Source: Amoebophrya sp. A120 (Eukaryota > Protista > Dinoflagellata). Taken from it: a DNA stretch of 64,000 nt. Every line of letters starts with the position of its first letter. Position 1 is the first letter of the stretch. The stretch is taken from contig CAJINV010000004.1 of the NCBI GenBank assembly GCA_905178155.1, positions 8,004,771-8,068,770 on the forward strand. Reading direction: 5' to 3'. Under the pieces are notes generated by a model, which saw only the letters and a program-made list of their open reading frames with translations, searched no databases and was not told the origin of the DNA. Shown piece by piece: positions 53,201 to 64,000 of the stretch. A program made the position numbers and the translations under genes.

Positions 53201-54844
53201 CCTCCCCGCGTAGCACAAACCGGACTCCTCTACTTGCTGGTCATGCAATACAGATTTTTCTAGCGTCCAAAGTTAGCATCACAAGTTCCAACCCTCCAGA
53301 CCCAGACACTTTTAAATTTGATAGAAAAATAAAGTCAACTATACCACAGGTATGACCCTGACTGCGGAAATCGAAGTGACCGACAAACGGCGCTACGACG
53401 GCGTCGTGAAAAAAATGTTTGACAGTTACGGTTTCTTAGACTGCCCGGTCTTGAGGAAGAAGTACAATCAGGACCCGTTTCTGCAGAAGTCCCAAATACC
53501 TTTCGCCCTGCAAGTCGGCGACTCTGTCACGTTTCAGATATACTTGAAGGAAGACAACATGCAGCCGCAGGCATGTAACCTCCAGCGGAAACTGCCGAAT
53601 CCCAGTTCCCCGGGCGGGTTGCAGACCGCACGAGAAATCATGGAGCAGCTGGAAGCGTCCTCCCCGGAATCTCTAGGAGGTCGAGACATTATACGCTCGC
53701 CCCGGGTCGTAAATATGGTGATGGGGGAAGGAGTGAACGGCAGCGGCCAAGGAGCAGCTTCATCTAGCACTTCATCCCCAGTGCAAATGCGCATGGAAAT
53801 TTCGGAGGAGGGAGGAGAACAAGTGGCGCGAGTCCTTGAACGACCAGGTGGCGGTCCTAATAGTACACGCCCGCAAGTAGTAGAACCAAGTACAACTCCC
53901 GGTGCAGTCGTAGCGGCGACAGGACCACCCCAACATCAAACCATCGTTCTTGAGCAGCAGCAGGAGGAAAGGCATGCAAACGACGCCGACCAAGCGACCA
54001 CTTCGAGCAGTACCCCGCAGAAATCCACCTCCAACGAAAAGCCGGGAGGGTTCTCCCCGCCGGATAGAAAAAGAAGCGTGGACATCAATATGAATTACGA
54101 AGAAGGGAGGAGTACGGCCGGAACGAATGGAGCGGATTTTCAACATGGGGGTGCAGTTGTAGTACAGGGAGATGAAGCAACAACTACTAAGCAGCAACTT
54201 GCTGGTGGTGAACAGGACGAACACGAGGGCTCAGCTCCATCTCCAAATAAAGGAATATCATCTGCATCAGTGAATTCTCGAGGCGGCTGGAATCTGTCGT
54301 TAATCAGCGAATCGCAGCAGAAGCAACTGAACAAACGGTTACAGCGGCTCTGCGGCTCGCACCAGCTGCACGTGGAAGAGATGCAGCAATATTTGGACTT
54401 GGGCGCGAATCCGAACGAGCCAGATATCAGCGGGTTTCGACCGCTGATGTTGTGTGCTATGAACATCTCGCAGGTATAATTTTTTTTTTCGATTTGCACT
54501 TTTCATGAAAATAAAATTGGTGCAGTGCATATTCAGCTTGACAGATAATGTGATAATTTTTCACCACCTCCGTCGAAGTAGATGACAACAAAAAACACGA
54601 CCCACTGAACTTCGTACAACAGACCTGCTGCTGGCAGAAGATCGAGCTGCTCCTGCAATACAGCGCGGACTTGCAACTCTCCACCAACTCCCACCCCACG
54701 GTTTTGGCTTGGATGAAAGAGCGAATCGGGATGGACTTTGCGGCCCAATTAGAGAAACTGAACGACGCGATCGCGAAGGGCCAAACGCCCGAACGGCCCG
54801 AACACGGCTACTTGTTCCAGGACGGGGGGCTCGAGAATGACTGA
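50275..54844 (+). CDS. Multi cold-shock-domain (about five CSDs) protein with C-terminal ankyrin-like repeat, multi-exon
   Basis: GIIKSF..KGYGFV..DVFLH; YTGMLKNY..YGFA..DVFV; YVGFVKSF..KGFGFI..DVFV; GVIKSY..GYGFI..DVYL; YDGVVKKM..YGFL..DPFL; LDLGANPNEPDISGFRPLMLCA..IELLLQYSAD. Stop TGA at 54842-54844. The junction near 50730-50920 is unresolved. Confidence 0.82.
52003..52263 (+). mobile_element. Introner, family A, canonical register
   Basis: Repeat ACAGG gives CAG|GTACC...ACAG|G. Confidence 0.93.
53059..53323 (+). mobile_element. Family A element inside a GT-AG intron
   Basis: Family A TIR. Interior matches 9392-9653. The host intron runs ~52911-53350. Confidence 0.88.
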
Positions 54845-55859
54845 GGACTGATTTGGTTCTTGATTCTCATCTAGAACGCGGGCGGGCAGGGTAATTATAT
54901 GTGGTCGCGCGACCGGCAGGACTGACTTGTACTTACTCTTTTCCCACTTCTTGTATGCTGCTCGTCTAAAAAAGTACACCTGTTTCGAAAAAGCAATCAT
55001 TATTTCCTCAGGAAGTGATTCCTCGTTGTATAGGGGAATTCAAGTACTTCTCAGTAGTCAAAGAGTCATCCACCTCTGCAAAATTTATTTCAACTTGTTT
55101 TCAATTTTTTTTTCGGAAATACAGTTTCCAAAGAAAACCGCGACTGTCAAAAAAGCGACACAAAAGCTATTAAAGTTGTTTTACTACGAGTTTTTACGTT
55201 GATTTATATTTATGATTTGATAGATTCATCTCAACATCTCTTTGTACTATACACACCAAGTTTAATAGTACTACGCCAGACCAGAGTCTCCGTGGCTGTG
55301 TCAACCACAGTTTCTCGCCCTGGTTGACATAACAGAACGCTGATCTTATCACCGCTGAACTCACGGCTTTCGGTTTCTACACTTGTTGACGCGCTTCTTG
55401 AAGATGTTACAATATGCATTTCGAAAGGTTTTGCAAAATGCACTTCCACCTGAAAATGTATATCGATGTAGACATGTCTTCGGAACTTGTTGTTTTAGAA
55501 ATCTAGAGAACAAAAAACGCATAAACCTGTGAAAAGAAACGCGCATTTTTTCTTGTCAAAATTCAATGTGATTTCTTTCGCAAATTTGTCTGCTCTCGAG
55601 ATGTTTGGAACCTTGTCAACCGGAACTCCCGGCCTTGAAGTAAATCTTTGATTGACGAACGAAAGAACGGCGGTATGAGAACTTCAAGTAATTGCTTGCG
55701 CAAGAAGATTTGTTGCCAATTTGTGGCCTGCTGTTTGGCCAGATTCCTGTCTGAGTGTTCGCTGATGGAGATGTTGTCTCACCAGGGTGCATTGATTCAT
55801 TTGGGGCGCGAGGATTTCTTCACGGGATCACTTGAAATAGCTGTTGACCGAATACTTTT

Positions 55860-58800
55860 GCCCAGGCGAGCCAGGCCGCGCGAGATAAGCGCCGCAGCCT
55901 CCAGCACCCACAGAGCCCCTGTAGGATATCTTAGGAGCGCGCGGGCTCGCGCGCCCCTCCTCGCCGCTGGCGGGGAAGGGGTGCGCGTGCCCGCGCTGCG
56001 GGTTTTCTGCGGCTCCAAGGACGTGGGCGGGCCGCGGCGGAGGTGGGCAGGAGTCCGCGGGCCTCAAAGCCGGCCGCGGGCAGGTTCATGACAGCGCTCG
56101 CGACATTGGCCGGCGGCAAGACATTGGGCGCGAATGGCTTCGAGGCAGTTTTTGTGAGATGGAGGCTGTGACCCCGCCAAGCCGGTTAGGGCTCTGGCGG
56201 GAAACCTCGCGGGGCCATGTGGCGACAGCTTGCGAGGCCTCGCGCTATGTTCAAGCGACCGCGGCCCGCGCCAGCAACAGGGCCGCGCCTGCGGTCCTCC
56301 ACCTTTGCCGCGGTGGGTGCTTCGTGGCATTCCCTACAAACCGATCCGCGCAGGCCGACAGGGGGGCAGCAGCGCTCCCGTGCACGGAGGAAGAGGGGCG
56401 GGCGCTCATGGTTGGGGGAGCAGTGGTCTCGGCGTGTGGGTGAAAACACCCGGCCCGATTTCACGACGAGACCGATGTCGACGCGGGCTGCGGTCGGACT
56501 GGTTTCCCGCAGCAAGTGCAGCGCGCAGCCGGCAAGGCCTGCGCTGCTCTGAGGGGCGCGGAGGCCGCAGCGGCTTCCCCGTCCATGAATGTAGACGGGG
56601 CGCCCCCATTTCCGAGTGGGCGCCCTGCTCGCCGTACCCGCTTGCTTCGGGGAGGGATGGAAGCCTGCGACGGCGCCCGGCCCGCTAGAGGGCCCGCCGG
56701 GCTGCCCTGCCGGTTCGCAGGCACGGCAACAGCCGGGGGGCAATCCGCCGCCCTGCTGCAAGCTTGGGCGGAGGGGCGGCGGCCGGCGAATAACTTGCCG
56801 ACCGCGCGGCTCATGGCCGTGGGGTGCGCCGAGTCCTTCGCCGCGGTCGTCAGGCAGCCGGCCCGAGGCATTTTCCGCTAGTAAAATTTTTTTACAATGT
56901 CACTAATTCCGGGAATCGCGGGCCGGCTGGCTGGGTGTGGCACCCTTTGGGCACGCGCCGCATTCGGGGAGGGGGGCGCGGCATAGTGTGGCGCCCCCGC
57001 TTTTTGTTTTCCCGGGTGTCGTAAGCTTCCGGGCCGTCTCCCCTGGTTGTGTGTTCTCCCCCGTCCTCTTGGGGTTGGGGGCCGCTTATCGTTGGGCCTT
57101 TTCGCGCGCGCGGCGCCTTTGCTTTTGGTGGTGGCCTGCCCTCGGGCGCTCTTTTCCCTTACCTCAGGGAATGTCTCGGGTCGGGCCCTTGCCCGGGCCT
57201 TCGGTTTTTCTTTGTCCGGTATCTTTGCAAGGGAGGGGGGTCCTGTGGTGTGGTTTGGCACACAGGGGCTGCTCCTCGTGGCCATGGCTCAAATCCACCG
57301 GGGCCCGGCGCCTTTGCATTTATGGGGGGCAGCGCGCAGTGGGCCCGGCTCTGGAAATCAGGCAGGCGCGAGGCCGGGGCTTTTTGGTCTTTCAAGCACC
57401 ACCCCGATCCCGGGCGGCTAATGAAGAGGGTAATCCCGGCGGTAATTTCCGGGGTTAATCTGATCACAACGAAATCGGGAAGGTTTCGTTGGTTTTGAAA
57501 TTAGACCAAAAATTAGACTACAGATTAGACTATAAATTAGACCACAAATTACCCCAAAAACCCAAGGAATTAACCTGCCCCCGGGGGGCAGTCACTCCGC
57601 CAGAGCATTGGGTTTTCAGTTGGCGCCATTTGCCACCATTTGCCCTGCTTTTTCTCGGCAGGCCGGCCGCCCGCCCGCAGTTCCCGCCCGCCCGTGGCCT
57701 TTGCGTCTTTGAATGGATTCCCCCCGACCGGTGTCTTTCCCAATTTGCCCCGAAGATTGAAGGGGTGGCGCTCTGGAAACCCACGAACAACAGGCCCGCC
57801 GGGGTCGCGTTCCGGCCTCCGTTGTGATTTGGTGGAGGCCCCCCGCGCGCAGGCTTCGCAGGCTCCTGGGCCTTTCTTCGGTTCCGGGGCACCCCGTGGC
57901 GCCTTTCCCGGCGCGCGCCCGCCTCCCCTTTAGGGGGGCGCGGGGGGGGTGCCCGGCGGGCGGCGCCCGCGATGGTTATGCGCCCCCGGAAGTATGGTGG
58001 CACCCCCGCACGTTTTCTAGTCGGGCCCCTCTTGCGCCTGCCCTCCTTCGCTTTGGGGATTAGCTAAACTTCAGCCAGGAATTAACGAAATAGCTTGCCA
58101 CGGGCCGGCTGCCTGAGCGGTGTTTTTGCCGAGGGATTTGAAGCCCCCGACACGCCGGAAGGCTGGAGCCTGCCAGCCTGCCCTGCACACTGCCAGCCAG
58201 GAAAGGGCGCGGCGGAACTATTTCCGAACAAAGCGGACACATGGCGCAAGGAGTTCGCCGCAAAGCTCCGCCAGGTAATCTACGACGGGCGCGCGGAGAG
58301 TCGGCAGCTTTGCAAGGAGCGGCTGGGGCAAGCCGCCGCGGACAGCGACCCCGCTGGCGCTCTCCCGCCATGGGCCCGGCGGAATTGGTGAAGCAGTGGC
58401 GCGAAGGGCGCCGACTGCCCCTCCTGCTAGGCCCTTCCTAGCAGGAAGGGCAGCCGGCGCCCTTCGCAGCTAGGGCGCGGCGGTGGCCCGCGCGCCAAAG
58501 GCCCGCCGTGCCCGCCGCCTGCGTAATTTAACTGGGCCGCCGCCGCGGCCGGCTTGGCGCTTTTATCTACGACGCGACCCCCTTAGCCGGCGCGGCCAAT
58601 TTGCTCCCTGCGCGAGGCCTGTCCACCCCGGTCGCCGGCGCCGGCGCGCGCTTGCCCCGTGGACAGCGGGGCGGAGGGTCGCGGGCCTCACTCACGCGCC
58701 CCCATGTTGGCGCGGGCCTTTTCAACCATCGCTGCCCACTGGTAGATTACAGAGCTTCGCAGTGTGGTGTTGTTGGCGGTTGGTGCCGGCTGTACCTCTC
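55860..58800. mobile_element. GC-rich degenerate island, possible decayed LTR-retrotransposon pol on the minus strand
   Basis: Minus-strand fragments PLGNGGAPSTFMD and VFSPTRRDH..LFLRARE loosely resemble Ty3/gypsy RT motifs, but YxDD is missing. Confidence 0.25.
57498..57552. repeat. 12-bp tandem repeat (aaattagacyam), 4-5 copies
   Basis: aaattagaccaa aaattagactac agattagactat aaattagaccac aaattac. Confidence 0.8.
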
Positions 58801-60050
58801 CCACGTTCTTGATGCAGCAGTGTTCTATATGCTATACGGGGATAGCTGAGAAGCGGAGCACGATATATATAAGCGCTCATCAGCGGCAGACCCACCGATG
58901 AACTAGGAATCATTCACGTAAACAGCACAAGCTGACGACCCCATCAAGATTGATCAACATCTTTCTCTACTCTAAGAGCATTTACATTTTTTTCTTCTCG
59001 CTGATGCTACGTACAGGTTAGTGGTGCACACAGAATGAAAATGAAGTGGGCGTACGCTCATGCAGACGGCCCGTAAACAGTCCTTTAGCCCACCATGAGA
59101 TACAACCAGGAAAAATGCACTCGATCCTAAAATCTTGGTCCGCACTTCGCTTCCTTCCAAATGCCAGAGAATTCCAGGATCCTTGCGAGATAAACTGTCA
59201 CGTAGAACAAGACTTGACTCCATCATGTTGTTAAGTACTCCTCCTGCCCGGTCCAGATATAGTGACTCTGACCCAGAGTTCCACTTCTTATTGCAGGCAG
59301 ATACGTACTCCAGACGCGGCTCCTGTAGTGCAGAGCAGCCGCGATGCAGCAAGGATTGCAGCGGAAACTTCTTAGCGGCACAGAAATTGGTGTGATACTA
59401 CTAACGCGACCGCTTGCGCTTTCCAGCTCCTGAACCCAGAAACTGATGCAAATGTGTTCAAGCAGATCCTGAAATCCAAATGCAGAAATTGAAATCCTGT
59501 TCCTGTAGATAACAAACGACCCTGCAGCACTGATACTTCTGCCAGTTCGCCATTGCGAAAGAAACCACGGAGCAAGGGCGAAGAAACTCCGCGTGGTGCT
59601 GCCAGTTTTTTGGGCGGTGACGCGCTATAGCAATACGGCTGCGGCAACTACTTACGCACAAAGACTCCGGAAAAATCCCAGTTCAATATTTTAGCAGACC
59701 GCGGATTTTTGACATTTCCGGTAGCCAATTGCGGCACTACTGTAGTACCCAGTTCCTGCGAAAATTCAAAACCGCGTGCAGAGCAGACTCCAGATCCAGT
59801 CACAATCCAATCTCAACTACACCAGGCCAGTTCAGCTTTCCCAATTTTTTTTTGCGGACAATCCTGTCTATAAAATCTTCACTCTACGTTCACGTAGCAC
59901 ACCAGTTACTACAACGACACTCACCTAGCTTTCCAGTAGTCGAAACGAAACCTGCGTCGCAGAACTCCAGTTTTTCCAGAATCCAGGAACCTGTTTTCCA
60001 GTTTTATTCCAGTCTAGAGCGTTGAATCCAGACACCCAGAAGTCCCGAAA

Positions 60051-61133
60051 ATGGCTTACCGCAAAAACGGCCTGCGCATGGAGGACCTGCACTCCGTGAA
60101 GATGGACGGCTTGTCCGAGTTACGCTGTGTACATCAAAAGTAGCAGTTTACTTTCAGATGCGGTTGTTGTGCGCATGATTTTTGCAATGATGTTGACCAC
60201 CTCTGCATGGCAAATTTTGATTTTTCTTTCTTCGAGCTTCAGCATCACAAACTCAGTTACAGTTAGAATTTGATTTGTCCGTATAATTTGTAATGCAATT
60301 CTGGTAAAGTGCACTGCTTTTGTATTGCATACACCTACGTGAAGGCGGAAGAGGTCGAGAAGGAGTTCTCCAAGTTCGGTACCGTCCAGGACGTGTACAT
60401 TCCGCGCGACTACCGCTCCGGACGCGGAAAGTATTCTGAGTAAAAACGTCTCCACCCCAGAATTGCCATGCGGGTTTGCAAGAATCACAGGAAACCTTGT
60501 AATGCGCATCCCCATGAGAAGCAGTTTCAATCGTGTCATGCAACTTGTGATGCTGTAAACAGGATACCAGGATGGCTTTGTGATGCGGCTGTCCTTGCTA
60601 AAAGGCAAATTACGGCACGGAGAAAAACTTGTCATGCGTGACTCCAAAAAGAACTTCCGGATTTGTGCTGCACAATTCCCAACTTGACTCTAGCGTGGGG
60701 ACGTTTTTGCACAGGATAGAGAGGGCTTCGGGTTCGTCCGCTTCGAGCACAAGGATGAGGCCGAGGACGCGGCCAAGGCGGACATCACCATGGACAACCA
60801 GAAGATCGAGCTCGTCCTCGCCATATCCAGTGCAAAAGTATCGTACTCGTAGTAATTGCATTTATGCATTACAAGTTTCTTTTGCAAGGTAAATCAGCAT
60901 TACAAATTTAATGTGTAATGCTAAGTCAATTTGTAATGCAATTCGTACTAGTACGATACTTTTGCAATGCATACGCCACCCGCGGCAAGCGCAACATGGA
61001 ATGGAAGGACGACCGCCGTGACCGCGGCCGCCGCGACAGCCGCGACCGCCGGGACCGCCGCGGAGGAGACCGCCGCTCCCGCTCCCGCGGAGGAGACCGC
61101 CGGGGTGGCCGCCGCGACTCTCGTCGCCGCTAA
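60051..61133 (+). CDS. SC35/SRSF2-like SR splicing factor (RRM + RD/RS tail), 4 exons
   Basis: SVKMDGLS/..EFSKFGTVQDVYIPRDYRSGRGK/GFGFVRF (RNP1)..IELVLA/TRGKR..RDRRGGDRRSRSR..* after removing three introners. Confidence 0.9.
60121..60331 (+). mobile_element. Degenerate introner
   Basis: TA..ATA ends, caaaagtagcagt / actgcttttg IR, internal gcatcacaa/ttgtaatgc motifs. Confidence 0.7.
60432..60718 (+). mobile_element. Introner, family E
   Basis: tattctgagtaaaaacgtctccac / gtggggacgtttttgcacaggata. Repeat GAAAG/GAGAG. Confidence 0.9.
60824..60973 (+). mobile_element. Introner, family B
   Basis: Family B TIR. Repeat CGCCA. Confidence 0.92.
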
Positions 61134-63429
61134 ATTGTGCTGCGTCGGATTTGAAACTTTTTATCATTTGATACAAGGATTTCAAAATACTGTAGAAATA
61201 GACGCTGTTCATTGAGCTGTATTGGTTAGAGGATAGTGGAGAACTGTGATGCGGACTGATCACTACACTAGCGATATTTTCTATTGTGAGTATGGTTCCA
61301 CCCCGCGGGTAGTTCTCGCTTTTTCTAGCGATAAACAGGGAGAGCAGCAGTCTTTTTCTTTATGATTTTCTCTTGTTATCGCACGGTAACTTTAGAGAAG
61401 CTAAAAAAAAAATTGCAAACAACAAAACTAAGGTTTTTTTTCAACAACAAAATCGTTTAGTGCAATACCCTATAACACTTTTTACTATTACTCAAAAATC
61501 AAATACACCGATTGTTACAGATATACGTAATACTCAGAGCAGCTTAAGACACTGATTTCTGGAAAGATATGGGATTTTGGACGGTGGTCGAGAAAAGTAC
61601 TATTTCTCTCCAAACACGACTAGGAGAGCTGTACAAATATTGGGCTATATTACGAAGATGGTCCTTTGATAGCTCGAGAAGATAGTAGTGCTACACCCGG
61701 CGACGCAGTACTGCTCTTCACTGTACTACGGAGGATATAATTTTCGTTTTGAATGTCAGTGCCGGAGCCAGAAGCACTAATTTCTTGTCTAGGACATAAA
61801 GGAAGGCAAGCAGTACTTATAACCGCGGGCTCTTCCTTGTGGGGATCCGACGGAAAAAAGTCATGCTTGCTGGTGCGCTAGCGTGATTTATGGTTCGAAA
61901 TGACATTTTTCGAATCGCCGTACAAAAAAGGCAAGAACGTGCAGGACTGTAGAGGACACGTGCGTTGTACTTCGGCACAGATTTTTCAATAAACGAAAGG
62001 CAAATTTTTCAAGCGGATAGCAATCGCGGATGTTGCAGTGGTAGACACGGAACTATGTACATGCCATGTAAACATTATTTTCGAAATAATCAAGCACGGA
62101 TTGCTCGAATCTTACCACGACAAAGCTTCTATTGCAACACTGCTGATAGCCTACTGCTTTTAGAATTTTTTTTTGATTTGAAGCTACCACGAATTTCTTC
62201 CCAAAACGCCTAAGAAAAACCACAGCTTCTTACCACACGCCGATAATATTGCTGTACCAAAAAATTTGCAAAAAAAATACAAAAACAAATCTCCGGAAGG
62301 GCCACGGCTTTAGATGCGGCCAAATCGTCATATTTCGAGTTCATACAAAGGCTATTTACCTAACACTCTTTTTCGATGTTCCGTAGAAAAATCAGGACAG
62401 TGGGAGGCACACTGAAATTTTACAATACTCACTCGAGTGATTTCAGAACAAATCTGAATCTGAGACCACCGCAGATCATAAATGAGAGCGACAGTCTATC
62501 GGTTGGGTCGTGAAGAGAGATGGAATGGAAAAGTGTACTCAAGATCCTGCTCCGACATTGCTTAATACGAAATCCATTCCGATTAGCGGAACACGGTCGC
62601 AAAATTTCGCAAAGCCAGATCAAAATCATAATCAGCCTACAGTCACTATGAGCTCTGAGTTCAGAATCAAAAAGTAACGCAAATCCTGACACTCTGTGTT
62701 TCTTTGAACCAGCCGCGAGACATTCACCCCAACCGAAGCCGCCACAGGAGGAAGTTCATCTGAAATTACCATTTGCGAAGTGACACTTACCAAGAACACA
62801 ACAACTTCAAGACATCTTGTAACCGCAAGTGCCTGTTGGACACGACTCTTGTCGACGGAAGTAGGCGTCATAGCTGCTCTATTGTAGACATTGTATACTG
62901 ACATAAAGTGCTAAAGTATTTCCTAATTAACCTCTACGTCCGGGTCTGAGTCCTTGTGACAAGATCGCTTAATTAGCCAACTGGTACCTGCACCAATTCA
63001 TTGTTCACTACTTGATTTAGTGTTGCATCCGAAAAAATTCAGGAAGTCTAAGTACATCGTCTTGCAGCCATTAATTCTACGAATTTACGTCAGTCCGTTT
63101 CGATAATTTTTTCATCCAACCGAAGATAGTTCTTGGTAGTTTGTGTTACCGCTACTTTTCACGCTTTTGCGAGGAAAACAGGATTGAAGTGATAGAAGCA
63201 AATAGATTTCTAAAAGAACGCCACTGTGAATACTCAGCACCTAAGTAGTTCAGTACGGAGCCAGCACCAAAATCCTACTGCGTGTATAATTTTGTTTGAA
63301 CAACGAAAGGATCCTGGTAGTGCTCAGTAGAAAGTAACTGTCTGAGCCGTTTTCTTTTTTCGATTTGACCAGTAGAACAAGAGCCGGAAATTTATTTCAG
63401 GTGAACTATCCTGCACAATACAATACACG

Positions 63430-63864
63430 ATGTCAGCTTTCAAGAAGTCATCTCTCCTTCTCGTCGTGGGCGGTTTTTTCAGCGCTCCCAGCTGCATCGA
63501 AGCCGCCTACCTTTCTTCGCGCGAATCCAGTCCGGGTAAGGAAAATTACCACTCGAGGACCTCGGCATATCCTTTGGCCCACAACAAGAATAGCGGGGCG
63601 AGCTCTTCTAGAAGCCGGAGCTCTAGTACTTCTTCGCGAGGAAGTACCCGCCAGGGCGGGGTCGACGTGCCGGGACCGAGCGGAGCTGCAAGCAGCTCAC
63701 AACATTCTTGCGCTGGGGCTGTTCCGCCGCCGTTCGTGTTTGCGCCAGGAATGAACCATGGGGGACAAGAAGAGCAAAATCTTAATCAACAGGGTGGTGC
63801 GGCACCACTACAGCCAGAAGAATTATTGCACACGATCGCTCCAGTCGTATTCGCGGCTGGGTAA
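63430..63864 (+). CDS. Probable first exon of a signal-peptide-bearing hypothetical protein
   Basis: MSAFKKSSLLLVVGGFFSAPSCIEA hydrophobic leader, Ser-rich region, G|GTAAAT possible donor at the end. Confidence 0.45.
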   Translation: MSAFKKSSLLLVVGGFFSAPSCIEAAYLSSRESSPGKENYHSRTSAYPLAHNKNSGASSSRSRSSSTSSRGSTRQGGVDVPGPSGAASSSQHSCAGAVPPPFVFAPGMNHGGQEEQNLNQQGGAAPLQPEELLHTIAPVVFAAG

Positions 63865-64000
63865 ATCTTCCATTTTGCTGGTTTTAAGGTCGTCTTGCTT
63901 CTTGTCCCGACCACCCCCAGAGCGGTGGTCGTGAAACAACTTCGTTCTTTTATTTCGTTTTGCTGTCGAGGTGGACCTTTGTGTGAGGTCCACCCAAATC

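Noticed and set aside
38080-58850. Arg/Ala/Pro/Gly-rich ORFs in the GC-rich patches as genes
   Set aside because: They overlap in all six frames and show no recognisable domains, as expected from GC content alone.
59717-59736. Relic dinoflagellate spliced leader (tccggtagccaattgcggc)
   Set aside because: Only a partial, gapped match to CCGTAGCCATTTTGGCTCAAG, ~310 bp from the ATG, and could be chance.

Overview
Eukaryotic protist genomic DNA, not bacterial. It is most likely a syndinean dinoflagellate of the Amoebophrya type (inferred from intron architecture and one-strand gene order). The ORF track is fragmented because genes are interrupted by about 40 short (~145-500 bp) introner-like elements. 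These have terminal inverted repeats starting TA(T) and ending (A)TA, a 5-bp direct repeat of exon sequence, and mostly non-GT-AG junctions. Removing each element plus one repeat copy restores conserved proteins, all on the + strand: a katanin-p60-family AAA ATPase (3' part, to 5322); a tandem array of five signal-peptide/RING-finger/TM genes (7.9-25.4 kb); a soluble transhydrogenase-like flavoprotein fused to EF-hands (26.9-32.6 kb); an intronless 1507-aa ORF with a C-terminal dsRNA-binding motif; a MORN-repeat protein; a multi-cold-shock-domain/ankyrin protein; an SC35-like SR protein; and the start of another secreted-type gene. Also present are three abutting satellites (33.2-37.5 kb), nested MITEs and GC-rich degenerate islands. 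The most interesting signals are the TIR/TSD introner system (both orientations, nesting, micro-exons, TSD-derived splice sites, a shared internal 9-mer) and the mosaic signal-peptide RING family. Exon junctions were read by eye and can slide by up to 5 nt within the direct repeats.
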